Position numbers and translations under genes: made by a program. The notes beneath the pieces are model-generated. The model worked only from the letters and a program-made list of their open reading frames with translations, was not told the origin of the DNA and ran no database searches. From the NCBI GenBank assembly GCA_963805065.1, contig CAWDSS010000010.1:83696-147695 (forward strand): a stretch of 64,000 nt of DNA, written 5' to 3'. The stretch comes from Candidatus Omnitrophota bacterium. GTDB taxonomy: Bacteria; Omnitrophota; Gorgyraeia; Gygaellales; Profunditerraquicolaceae. Of this stretch, positions 28,626-37,674 are shown piece by piece. The stretch's first letter is position 1. Every line of letters starts with the position of its first letter.

Positions 28626-28970
28626 CTAGCTTTTGATCATAATCAATAGCATCTTAAATTTTTTTACTGCTTTTAAGCTATGCGGCTTATTGGCAGGCAT
28701 TATAATTATCTCATCCCTTTTTACCAGGTGTGGCTTACCGTAGATAAAAATCTTTACTTCTCCATCAAGTATATAAACTAAAGCATCAAAAGGTGCGGTG
28801 TGCTCGCTTAAACCTTCGCCCTTGTCAAAAGCCAATACTGTAACGGTCCCTGTTTTCTTATTTATAATTTCACGGCTTACAATAGAATTTTTCTGGTAAG
28901 ATGTTAAATCCGCCAACTTCAGTGCTTTTGCTTTAATATTCTTAATATTGCCGTGCTTTATAGGATTCAT
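28626..28970 (-). CDS. cupin-domain protein
   Basis: 114 aa with a cupin beta-barrel pattern (G.GLSEHTAP...ILDGEV...G....MPANKPHSL). Confidence 0.7.
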   Translation of the reverse strand: MNPIKHGNIKNIKAKALKLADLTSYQKNSIVSREIINKKTGTVTVLAFDKGEGLSEHTAPFDALVYILDGEVKIFIYGKPHLVKRDEIIIMPANKPHSLKAVKKFKMLLIMIKS

Positions 28971-29040
28971 CTTAGTTCCTTTTTAATCATTCTATTCTAA
29001 ATAAAAACCTTCGGCAACATAAATTGTGTCCTGTCCAGAT

Positions 29041-29080
29041 GTTTAGTTTTGTTTAGGTTTGTTTAGTGTTGTTTCTGTGT
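29041..29080. repeat. four tandem 10-nt units GTTTAGNTTT
   Basis: GTTTAGTTTT GTTTAGGTTT GTTTAGTGTT GTTTCTGTGT lies 70-110 nt upstream of the 28970 gene start. It is followed by the direct repeat GGGCACA...GGGCACA. Confidence 0.7.
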
Positions 29081-29180
29081 TGGATGGGCACATTTTGGGC
29101 ACAAAAAATGGCTGAACGGTGAAGTCCAGCGCTGAGAACTGACTCTTATTACTTAAACGGTCTCCAGTAAAATGTAATTC

Positions 29181-29519
29181 CTATACATGAGGAGCAATAA
29201 ATATGACCGCAAATAAAAATAGTAATACTATTAAAATTATATAGATTTTTATAAATAAGCTTAGTTTGGTTTTTTTCTGGGTCGGATTCTGGATTAGTTC
29301 TGCACGTCTCAAAAGAAATAGCCCAAACCAAATAACGGGATTAAGAAAAAATAAGACTAAAATTAGAAATGAAACTAATGGCAATACAAATGCTCTGTGG
29401 ACTGGCCATTCTTGGATTAATCTTGGTAATAATTTAGAAAAAATGACTTGATATCCCCTTATCATACCTAATAATATTACAATGAATCCAACTACGCGAT
29501 AAGTTTTGATTCTATCCAT
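29181..29519 (-). CDS. hypothetical three-TM membrane protein
   Basis: 112 aa and hydrophobic. No family recognised; coding status uncertain. Confidence 0.3.
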   Translation of the reverse strand: MDRIKTYRVVGFIVILLGMIRGYQVIFSKLLPRLIQEWPVHRAFVLPLVSFLILVLFFLNPVIWFGLFLLRRAELIQNPTQKKTKLSLFIKIYIILIVLLFLFAVIFIAPHV

Positions 29520-29617
29520 TCTCGCCTCTTTTATTCAATTATACCACTTTCATTTTAAAATAATAAAATAAAAAAACTTCTGCACCATATTCTATCACAG
29601 CAGATTAGGAAATTTAA

Positions 29618-29674
29618 GGGTCGCTGGCTGGACGACGTTAGAACCTGTTTGATAGCGACTTAACGCTGCCTACC
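29618..29674. repeat. 57-nt block repeated at 48308-48365 (1 mismatch)
   Basis: GGGTCGCTGGCTGGACGACGTTAGAACCTGTTTGATAGCGACTTAACGCTGCCTACC. Lies just 3' of the TPR gene stop. Confidence 0.85.
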
Positions 29675-29688
29675 CCTAAAACGGTCGT

Positions 29689-31521
29689 TTATTTATCCCT
29701 TCCCGATGCCTCTTTAAGAGCATTAAGGAATGCAGGATTAGCAACAAACCCTAATCCTTCTGCTTTATGCACATCTACCCAAGCCTTGTCGTACTCCTTC
29801 AGCATATAGTAGGCAACACCTCGGTTGTTGTAGGCCTCGGAGTAGTTAGGGTTAATTTGTATTGCCTTGTTGTAGTCAGAAAGGGCTTGGTTAAGATTGC
29901 CTTGGTTTTGATAGGTAATCCCTCGGTTGTTGTAGGCCTCGGCTAAATTAGAATTAATTTGTATTGCCTTGTTGTAGTCAGAAAGGGCTTGGTTAAGATT
30001 GCCTTGGTTTTGATAGGTAATCCCTCGGTTGTTGTAGGCCTCGGAGTAGTTAGGGTTAATTTGTATTGCCTTGTTGTAGTCAGAAATGGCTTGGTTAAGA
30101 TTGCCCTTCTGCCCATAGACAAATCCCCGGTTGTTGTAGGCCTCGGAGTAATTAGGGTTAATTTGTATTGCCTTGTTGTAGTCAGAAATGGCTTGGTTAA
30201 GATTGCCCTTCTGCCCATAGACAAATCCCCGGTTGTTGTAGGCCTCGGAGTAATTAGGGTTAATTTGTATTGCCTTGTTGTATTCTTCAATTGCTTTGCT
30301 GATATCACCCCCTTCTGCGTAACTAAGACCTAGGTTAGTATGCACACGTGTGCTATTAGGAGAAACCTCGACTGCCTTTCTCCAGAATGTCTCTGGGGTC
30401 TTCCAGTCTTGGTTCCTTACAACAGTGCGAATTCCATAGACAAAGATTATCACTATCAGTATAGCTAAGATGTGCTTTTTAAATTTCTCAAACTTGCTGG
30501 CATAGCTTTCATATATAAAAGCAACTGCTATACTTAAGGCTATAGAAGGGAAATAAATATATCTTTCTGCTACAGGACAAGCTATAGGTATGGGGCTATA
30601 GGTTGGGGCAAGAAAAATGATAAAGATACTTAACCCAAAGAAAATTTCTTTTGCCTTTTTAAATGTAAAAATTAGCAGGAGGATAATTGGAATTAAATAA
30701 AATATCCAGTAATGAATCAAAGCTAAGGGGATTATTGCTGGTTCATGATATAAGGTAAGTTTTATCGGCCAGATTAAAAGTCTAAAATGGGAATAAAAAG
30801 AATAAATAAAGTACACAATAGGATTTTTCACAGGAGGAACGCCTCCCACATGTTTCATAAAATAAATTCTATCTAAGGTTGCATGCTTCAGCAGAATAGT
30901 TCTCGCAATTACAATAGCTATAACAGGCAGCCACCATTTCCAATTCTTGCGCCATTTGCCAAAGGTTAAATCAGTTAGAATGAGAAGCAAAGGAAAGAGT
31001 AAAAAAAGGGTGTAATGATTGATGATATAGTATGAAAATGTGGCTAAAAAAATGGTGTACCAGAGGAGATGAGATTGTTTATCTTTGGACTGTATATTCA
31101 TAGCACGATAATATAATAAATAGGCTATAAGTATAAAAAAGGTTAATAATACATACGACCTTCCAGAAATCCAGGTAACCGCTTCAGTATGAATAGGATG
31201 AACAGCAAATAAACAGGCGCCTAAAAAACTGGATTTGGTATTGAAGAAGGTTCTCAAAAACAAAAATACTAGAATTGTATTTATACTATGCATGATAACG
31301 CTGATAAGATGATATATAAAAGGGGTGTATCCTGCAATAAGGTAACTAAAGGAATTAAACAGGCTATGTGGGTCTAACCAAAAAAGAAAGAATTGGGAAA
31401 TCTGAGGATTTTTTAATATTGCAGGGATATCGTCAGAAACAAAAGCATTATTAAGCGAATTGGCATAGACTAAAAGACAAAGGCCAATTAAAATTAGATA
31501 TATTGCGCTTTTCTTAATCAT
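29689..31521 (-). CDS. polytopic GT-C/PMT-like membrane domain fused to C-terminal TPR repeats
   Basis: 610 aa. About 11 TM segments with an early DD motif (AFVSDDIPAI). Then 7 TPR units (AI..YNKAIQINPNYSEAYNNRG). Confidence 0.75.
   Translation of the reverse strand: MIKKSAIYLILIGLCLLVYANSLNNAFVSDDIPAILKNPQISQFFLFWLDPHSLFNSFSYLIAGYTPFIYHLISVIMHSINTILVFLFLRTFFNTKSSFLGACLFAVHPIHTEAVTWISGRSYVLLTFFILIAYLLYYRAMNIQSKDKQSHLLWYTIFLATFSYYIINHYTLFLLFPLLLILTDLTFGKWRKNWKWWLPVIAIVIARTILLKHATLDRIYFMKHVGGVPPVKNPIVYFIYSFYSHFRLLIWPIKLTLYHEPAIIPLALIHYWIFYLIPIILLLIFTFKKAKEIFFGLSIFIIFLAPTYSPIPIACPVAERYIYFPSIALSIAVAFIYESYASKFEKFKKHILAILIVIIFVYGIRTVVRNQDWKTPETFWRKAVEVSPNSTRVHTNLGLSYAEGGDISKAIEEYNKAIQINPNYSEAYNNRGFVYGQKGNLNQAISDYNKAIQINPNYSEAYNNRGFVYGQKGNLNQAISDYNKAIQINPNYSEAYNNRGITYQNQGNLNQALSDYNKAIQINSNLAEAYNNRGITYQNQGNLNQALSDYNKAIQINPNYSEAYNNRGVAYYMLKEYDKAWVDVHKAEGLGFVANPAFLNALKEASGRDK
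29821..30300. repeat. tandem 102-bp repeat, ~4.7 copies (encodes 34-aa TPR units)
   Basis: TCGGTTGTTGTAGGCCTCGG recurs at 29821, 29923, 30025, 30127 and 30229. The last two units are essentially identical. Confidence 0.9.
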
Positions 31522-31561
31522 TTTTTTTTTAATTTACTATCCTCTCATATCGAGAGGTAAA

Positions 31562-31647
31562 TTACTGGGGTCCCTCTCGTATGAGCCGAGGGGAAACCTC
31601 TATGAATTTACTATCCTAATTATATGCGCAATACCTTGATATATCAA
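31562..31647 (-). promoter_or_regulatory. promoter TTGATA-17-TATAAT plus conserved leader module (copy L1)
   Basis: -35 = rc of 31642-31647 and -10 = rc of 31619-31624. The leader contains GGTTTCCCCTCGGCTCATACGAGAGGGACCCCAG (rc of ~31565-31598). Lies upstream of the TPR gene. Confidence 0.55.
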
Positions 31648-31821
31648 GAATATTCTGGGTTTAGAGAGGTAATTCCTCGCGGATTACTGGGGCCTTTCGT
31701 AGACGAGTTTCGAACTTTTCTCGTATCAAAAGAGGCGGAGAAACTGTATAAAGAACTGGTTATGGCTACTTAAATTGCTCTTTTACTTTGGTAAATGTTA
31801 GCAAATAATTATGCTTTTATT

Positions 31822-32886
31822 TTATTCACTAATAACAGCGGGTGCTAATCCCTCTTTAAAGTCATCAGCCATATCGAACTGGAACTCAATTACTACTTTA
31901 CCTGTTTTATCAATATAGCCCCACTTGCGGCGGTCAAGCTGCACACGAGCTAATCCCTCGGAGAAATTTTTCGCATCAATATATTTTGGAGCTATAACTA
32001 CATTCCCACTTCTATCAATGTAGCCCCATTTACCGTCAATTTCTACAACAGCCAGTCCTTCAGCAAAACGCTCGGCTCTAGAAAATCTCGGAGGAATGAC
32101 TATATTTCCTGTCTTATCAATATAACCAAACTTTTTATCCAGCTGAATGCATGCCAGCCCTTCTGAAAAAAGATCAGCCATTTCAAATTTCATATCAATA
32201 ACCATCTTGCCCGTCTTATCTATATAACCGCATTTTCTATCCCTGCACACTACAGCTAATCCTTCATGAAATTCACCAGAGTTAGGACCTAATCCTTCCA
32301 TATCAGAACGTTCAAACTGCGGTTCAATAACCACCTTACCTGTTTTATCAATATAGCCGCACTTACTATCAGAGTTACAGACTAATGCCAGCCCTTCTGA
32401 AAATTTACCAGCTAATTTAAATGGAGTTTCAATGGCCAATTTTCCAGTCTTGTCAAAAAAAACTGCTTTATCACCAATGACCATAGAGGCTAGTCCTTCT
32501 GAAAAATAAACTATATAACCGTATTGCGGTTTAATAATAAATTTGTTTTTCTTATCAATACAGCCGCATTTATACCCCTGAATCTCATTTTCATCCGAAA
32601 CACAAATGCTAGCCACTCCGTCTGCAAAAGGCGCGGCGAATTGAAATCGTGGTTCAATCACTATTTTGCCAGTTTTATCAATATATCCAAAGTTACCGTT
32701 AACGAATACGCATGCTAAATCTTCAGAAAAAGTAGATGCCATGTCAAACTGAGGTTGGATTACAAATTTTCCTGTTTTATCAATATATCCATATTTAGGG
32801 TTTACCAGCGGCTCTTGGCAATTTAAAAGCGATGGGAATAAAATAACTATACAGATACAAATAATAAAATGTATACGTCGTCTCAT
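31822..32886 (-). CDS. WG-repeat (KWG) protein, secreted
   Basis: 354 aa with a signal peptide. About nine repeats of GYIDKTGK.VI.P.F....F.EGLA. Confidence 0.85.
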   Translation of the reverse strand: MRRRIHFIICICIVILFPSLLNCQEPLVNPKYGYIDKTGKFVIQPQFDMASTFSEDLACVFVNGNFGYIDKTGKIVIEPRFQFAAPFADGVASICVSDENEIQGYKCGCIDKKNKFIIKPQYGYIVYFSEGLASMVIGDKAVFFDKTGKLAIETPFKLAGKFSEGLALVCNSDSKCGYIDKTGKVVIEPQFERSDMEGLGPNSGEFHEGLAVVCRDRKCGYIDKTGKMVIDMKFEMADLFSEGLACIQLDKKFGYIDKTGNIVIPPRFSRAERFAEGLAVVEIDGKWGYIDRSGNVVIAPKYIDAKNFSEGLARVQLDRRKWGYIDKTGKVVIEFQFDMADDFKEGLAPAVISE

Positions 32887-32970
32887 CCTTCCTCCTATCT
32901 TTTTTTACCTATCCGCTGCTTACAGCACCACAAAAAATTGGGCCCTTCGCCTCTCTGAAAGAAAATATAA

Positions 32971-33054
32971 TTTGGGGTCCCTTTCGCATGAGCCGAGGGG
33001 AAACCTCTCTCAATTTCTTAATCTAATTATATGCGCAATACCTCAATATATCAA
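32971..33054 (-). promoter_or_regulatory. promoter TTGATA-17-TATAAT plus conserved leader module (copy L2)
   Basis: -35 = rc of 33049-33054 and -10 = rc of 33026-33031. The leader GGTTTCCCCTCGGCTCATGCGAAAGGGACCCCAA lies upstream of the WG-repeat gene. Confidence 0.55.
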
Positions 33055-33146
33055 GAATATTTTGGCTTTAGAGAGGCTTTTCCTCGCTAAATTTGTCCTA
33101 TTTGTCCGGTCATTTTTGACTGGAAATTGCGTAACTCTTTGGGAAA

Positions 33147-33602
33147 TTAGGAGATAAAATTGTCTGTCTCTGCTTGTCCGGACATAGACGATAAATCCCC
33201 ATTTTTGAGAGCATACCCGCTGTATCTATCGTAATAATTTGACTCGTTAAGCTCTTTCTTTAAAGAGTCGATTATAAACCCATCAATTCGTTTCCAAAGG
33301 TAAGATGAAAATTTGACTGGGTTAGGGATACCTTTTTCGTCGCGGTAATCGAGATCGTAACTTTTGATCTTTTGATAGACAATCAAAATAGCTTCTTCAA
33401 GCAGATCCTCTCCAAAACGACAGGCATATTCGGGAAACGCGACTTTGTGTATCCTAAAGATTAGAAAACTAATATGCCGCAGAACGAGTTCATCTTTGCT
33501 CTTTTTTGAGCCTTTTTGAGCTTTCAGGATAAGGCTTCTCTCTTCAGATAAAGGTATTTTCGGATAGCGGCGAATAATGTGGCTATAAGCTTTATACATC
33601 AA
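33147..33602 (-). CDS. sigma-70 region-2-like protein lacking region 4
   Basis: 151 aa. The stretch LILKAQKGSKKSKDELVLRHISFL...EDLLEEAILIVYQKIKSYD...FSSYLWKRIDGFI resembles sigma70 regions 1.2-2. ATGA overlap with the ABC permease stop. Confidence 0.5.
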   Translation of the reverse strand: MMYKAYSHIIRRYPKIPLSEERSLILKAQKGSKKSKDELVLRHISFLIFRIHKVAFPEYACRFGEDLLEEAILIVYQKIKSYDLDYRDEKGIPNPVKFSSYLWKRIDGFIIDSLKKELNESNYYDRYSGYALKNGDLSSMSGQAETDNFIS

Positions 33603-34498
33603 ATACCATTAGCCGAATGCTTACCGTTTTCTCGCAGATGAGCCAAACCAATAATCTTTCGTGTCAGAAAAACCAGGGCATACATAAATCCCAATAAAGC
33701 GACATCGGTGGGACCAACCGGGAGATCCCAAAGGTATGCCAACCAGAAGCCGACAAATGCCGTCGTTCCTCCCAATAATGAAGCAAAAATCAAAAGTTGT
33801 CTCATATTCCTAGCAAACATGCGCGCCGTCAGCGCAGGAATCAATAGAAAACCAAAGGCAATAAGCGGGCCTACGCTCAACACGGCCATTGACACCGTAA
33901 ATCCGATTAGCAAATAAAGCAATATGTTCCACAAAACGACGTGTTTACCCAAGGTGATCGCAAATACACGATCGTAGGAAACTAGCAACAACTCTTTTTT
34001 AAACAAAACAAGTACCGTTAGAACGAACGCCAGCACAATAGCTGTCAATGTTAAATCAAAATTGGAAATAGTAATAACCTCACCTTTCAGTAAATCAAGC
34101 CATCCCAGTTCGGCATAACGGTTTTTTGATAATAGCAGGATGCTTACTGCCGCTGCAACTACGTATGCGGTGCCAAGCCGGCCTTCTAGCAGGCCTCGGC
34201 TATGATGTTCTAAGAAAGCCAAAACAAGAATGGCTCCTACCGAAAACACTATAGCACCGATAAATGCCAAGGCGTGTTCACTTTGTGCAGTTACTTGAAA
34301 ACCCAGCCACAACGGTAAAGAAAGCGATAACGCAACCCCAGTTGCGGAAATTTGCGGCAAAGCGACACCCATAAACACCAATCGCCGCAGCACAAGAAAT
34401 ACACCCACAAGGGGACATGCAAAACCAATCAGAATGCTCGTATAAACCGAGTTACGCAGTAAAAAATTAAAGGAAAGGATTTGATTCAGAGCTTCCAT
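33599..34498 (-). CDS. znuB: metal (Zn/Mn) ABC transporter permease, ABC-3 family
   Basis: 299 aa with ~8 TM segments. Lies in an operon with the ATPase and the TroA-like binding protein. Confidence 0.85.
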   Translation of the reverse strand: MEALNQILSFNFLLRNSVYTSILIGFACPLVGVFLVLRRLVFMGVALPQISATGVALSLSLPLWLGFQVTAQSEHALAFIGAIVFSVGAILVLAFLEHHSRGLLEGRLGTAYVVAAAVSILLLSKNRYAELGWLDLLKGEVITISNFDLTLTAIVLAFVLTVLVLFKKELLLVSYDRVFAITLGKHVVLWNILLYLLIGFTVSMAVLSVGPLIAFGFLLIPALTARMFARNMRQLLIFASLLGGTTAFVGFWLAYLWDLPVGPTDVALLGFMYALVFLTRKIIGLAHLRENGKHSANGI

Positions 34499-34499
34499 A

Positions 34500-35243
34500 T
34501 CAAATTACCTCCGTTTCAAAAATCTCTCTCATGTGTTTCGAAGAGAGCAGTTCTGCGGCAGTGCCGTATAGCACTTTACCTTCATATAACCAGATGACGT
34601 GTTGGGCGTGCTTGCGTACAAGCGCCAAATCATGAGTTACCAAGAGAGTTGTCAGCTGCCGTTCCTCGTGGATCTGCGAGATAAATTCTAACAGTGCGTG
34701 AGTTGCTTTAGCATCCACTCCGGCAGTAGGTTCGTCCAAAACAAGCACATCCGGTTTTGTGACCAATGCCCGCGCAATAAGCACGCGTTGCTTCTGACCG
34801 CCTGAGAGTTCACTGAATGATTTATTAGCAAAATATTCTGCTTCTGTAGCGCGCAGGCATTCCTTTACAAATAAACGTTCTTGATGCAACACGGGGCGTG
34901 CAGGCCCGACTCTGCCATAAGCGCCCATGAGCACGACATCAAAACCAGTCACTGGATACAAGGGATCCAGCTGTATGCCTTGCGGTACATAGCCAAACAC
35001 AGGCAGCCTATTGTCGATTTTAGAAACATGGATGTTTCCTGCGATAGGCGACTGAAGGCCAAGCAGCGTCTTTAGTAATGTGGATTTACCTGAGCCGTTT
35101 GCTCCGAGGATGGCAGTAAAACTCGTGCGGCAAATCGAAAGTGAGATACCGGAAAACAAAGACTGCCCTATATAGCCGATAGCTAGGTTATTAAAAGTAA
35201 TGAGCGGTTCGTTGCATTTATGCGTACCTGATAATACGTTCAT
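34500..35243 (-). CDS. znuC: metal ABC transporter ATP-binding protein
   Basis: Walker A GANGSGKST, signature LSGGQKQR, Walker B LVLDEP. Confidence 0.9.
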   Translation of the reverse strand: MNVLSGTHKCNEPLITFNNLAIGYIGQSLFSGISLSICRTSFTAILGANGSGKSTLLKTLLGLQSPIAGNIHVSKIDNRLPVFGYVPQGIQLDPLYPVTGFDVVLMGAYGRVGPARPVLHQERLFVKECLRATEAEYFANKSFSELSGGQKQRVLIARALVTKPDVLVLDEPTAGVDAKATHALLEFISQIHEERQLTTLLVTHDLALVRKHAQHVIWLYEGKVLYGTAAELLSSKHMREIFETEVI

Positions 35244-36160
35244 TTACTCGCCTCCACAATTTTCTGTACAATATAATCCATCATCTCAATATATGTATCT
35301 GTATGCGGCACTCCGCCAGGCATGATTGGTAAAGTCACCATCTTTGCGCCTGTCTGGCTGGCTATCAATGCCGGAACCTTCTCAGGAAACTGTGCATCAT
35401 GAACAACAATTGGAACACGATCCGTCTTCATCGAACTGATTAAATCCTCGATATGACGGGGCGTGGGGTCAATTCCTGGCTTAAGTTCAATCGTACCATA
35501 GTAGACCATACCAAAACGCTCCGCAAAATAATTCCACTCCTCATGATACGAAATGAACTTAACGCCTTTAAGAGATACGCCTTCTTTTTCCCAGTCGGCA
35601 ATCTTGGCATCAAGCTTGGCTAAATAAGCATCGCGGTTGCGAGTGAATTCCTCCTTATCCTGCGGTGAGAATGCTACAAAAGCATTGTAAATGTTCTGGA
35701 TCGCGGTCTTGGCTAATACGGGATCAAGCATATAGTGTGGGTTACCGTAGGGATGCACATCACCTTCGGAATGATCAGTAGACTTAGGCACGTCCACCGG
35801 TATTATACCTTTTGAACAATCCACATAACCAGCTTTGTCATACTGGATACGCGGATTACGGCTTGCTTCCAACAAAGCTGGCAGAAATGCATGTTCGCAA
35901 TCAAAACCAATCAATAAAACTAAATCAGCCCTATTTAACAAAGGGACAAAACTTGGTTTCATGGGCACGCCGTGAGTATCTTCAACGCCGGTGGCAAGAC
36001 TTTTGACTTCAACTTTATCACCGCCAATGTTACGCGCAAGATCAGCTAAATCAGTAAGCGTGGCCACAACATGAATTTTGGCTGCGTAAGCTGGCTGCGT
36101 AAAAAGCGCAAAAGCCATAATAACGCTCAAAGGTAATAGACGCAATGACTGTTTTTTCAT
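35240..36160 (-). CDS. znuA: metal ABC transporter substrate-binding protein (ZnuA/TroA family)
   Basis: 306 aa with a signal peptide. Cluster-9 SBP pattern (VVATLTDLADL..., H-containing metal-site loops). Confidence 0.85.
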   Translation of the reverse strand: MKKQSLRLLPLSVIMAFALFTQPAYAAKIHVVATLTDLADLARNIGGDKVEVKSLATGVEDTHGVPMKPSFVPLLNRADLVLLIGFDCEHAFLPALLEASRNPRIQYDKAGYVDCSKGIIPVDVPKSTDHSEGDVHPYGNPHYMLDPVLAKTAIQNIYNAFVAFSPQDKEEFTRNRDAYLAKLDAKIADWEKEGVSLKGVKFISYHEEWNYFAERFGMVYYGTIELKPGIDPTPRHIEDLISSMKTDRVPIVVHDAQFPEKVPALIASQTGAKMVTLPIMPGGVPHTDTYIEMMDYIVQKIVEASK

Positions 36161-36181
36161 ATTTTATATCCTCTCTTAAAG

Positions 36182-37618
36182 TTAACGCTGCTGCCATCCA
36201 TGAGAATGTGAACCGATAATCCATGACCACTGCAAATATATGGCATCGTCATCCTTATAAGGTGATACTGAATTATGCGTTGTATGGGTATATTGCAGCC
36301 GTAATTGATTCCAGTGGCTTAGGGCGTAAGTCAAATAAGCTGAATATGCGTAAGTTCGATCTTGGTTATTCTGTTCGTTCTCAAGGAAATCGAATAACAA
36401 ACCGGTCGTCCATTGCCGATCTATTTTGTAAGCAAGATATGAATACCCTCCTATGGAGCCGATTGACTTAGAAAACTCACCACCAGTGGCAGGGTCGTCA
36501 AGATAGTTATTATCGCTGTATAACAGTTCGTTGCCCCAGGTGAAGCTGCGGAATTGATTGTTCTGCAGGGGTACGTAGCGCAATGAAAAATCAAGTCCGG
36601 CAAGTCTGCGCTGCCGTTCAGTGAGCGTGCTACCGTCGGGTTGCGCCAATGCCCCACCACGGTCCTTGGTCCTAGGATCGACCAACCCTGAAACCCCTGT
36701 CTCCATCTGCCAATCCGCAGTCAAGTCAAAATAAGTTGATAAGCGCCCAAAATAGTTCAGCTCTCTCCCCCCGCGAAAAGTACCGGGATTGTTTTGAGTA
36801 TCCCCAAACTTATCTCCCAGGCCTAACGTAAGATTCACATAATGTTCGGTTGGCAACAGCCAACTGACCTGTGCGCCATCTGTTTGTGATTCGCCACCGA
36901 TGTAGCGGTCTAGCGCCAGCGGACGGTTCACAAATGGAAGCTCGTGATCATGGATATAGGCAAGCCTGCCAAACTCACCAAAGAACCGGCCTGCTTTCAG
37001 CGTCAGATTACGCAATGAGGTAGTCTGTATTGCCGCCTCTTCAATCTCTGAGTCCGCTTTGCCGGTGACCGGATCGGCTGAGGCATTGATAACCGCGTAA
37101 CCCGTTGCGAACGGATCCACCGATGCCGTCAGGTTCAATTCTATAGAACGCTGGAATATGTCGAAACCTCCCGGGCGATCGCTGCCGGTGGCGCTTGAAC
37201 CGCGCGTACGATACGAATACAAAGTCTCTCCAACCAGCCCGATGGAAGGGTTGAACTCGCTTGGAAGGGTTTTTTTCTGAGCTTCAACGACTTGATCTAC
37301 TTTTTTATTGAGCTCCTGAATTTGTTCCTGCGTGGTCGCTCCCGCTGGCGAGGGAGATGCAGTTGTAGCAGCAGGCGTAGAGTTCGACACTGCTACGGTA
37401 GTAGACGTAGTTTTATCCGGAATAACAGCAGGTTGCGGAAGGGCTGCTTTTAAAGAATCTATTTCTTTTTGCTGCGCCTCCACTGTGTTTTTTAAGTCTT
37501 TAACTGTTTGGATTAATTCCTTCATTGTTTGTTCTTTTGATTCACCCATATCATCAGCAAATGCTGTATTCATAATTAAACAAGAGCTGATTAATATGAG
37601 AATAAAGACAATTCTCAT
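36182..37618 (-). CDS. outer-membrane beta-barrel (porin-like) protein with N-terminal coiled-coil
   Basis: 478 aa with a signal peptide and a coiled region (ELIQTVKDLKNTVEAQQKEIDSLK). The C-terminal two-thirds show an alternating aromatic/glycine beta-strand pattern. First gene of the Znu-type operon. Confidence 0.5.
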   Translation of the reverse strand: MRIVFILILISSCLIMNTAFADDMGESKEQTMKELIQTVKDLKNTVEAQQKEIDSLKAALPQPAVIPDKTTSTTVAVSNSTPAATTASPSPAGATTQEQIQELNKKVDQVVEAQKKTLPSEFNPSIGLVGETLYSYRTRGSSATGSDRPGGFDIFQRSIELNLTASVDPFATGYAVINASADPVTGKADSEIEEAAIQTTSLRNLTLKAGRFFGEFGRLAYIHDHELPFVNRPLALDRYIGGESQTDGAQVSWLLPTEHYVNLTLGLGDKFGDTQNNPGTFRGGRELNYFGRLSTYFDLTADWQMETGVSGLVDPRTKDRGGALAQPDGSTLTERQRRLAGLDFSLRYVPLQNNQFRSFTWGNELLYSDNNYLDDPATGGEFSKSIGSIGGYSYLAYKIDRQWTTGLLFDFLENEQNNQDRTYAYSAYLTYALSHWNQLRLQYTHTTHNSVSPYKDDDAIYLQWSWIIGSHSHGWQQR

Positions 37619-37674
37619 AAGTCCTCCTGACTTGAGTTTTGAAGATTATTAATTAGTGATAATAGAGGAAATAA

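Noticed and set aside
29821-30300. Possible CRISPR array (regular repeats)
   Set aside because: The period is 102 bp with no unique spacers, and the repeats encode 34-aa TPR units in frame. The 48.4-49.65 kb units are ~655 bp long and also lack repeat-spacer architecture. There are no cas genes in the window.
29943-30333. Track ORFs 29943-30308 (-) and 29959-30333 (+) with internally repeated sequence
   Set aside because: They are alternative-frame or antisense readings of the 102-bp TPR tandem repeat inside the well-supported 610-aa gene.
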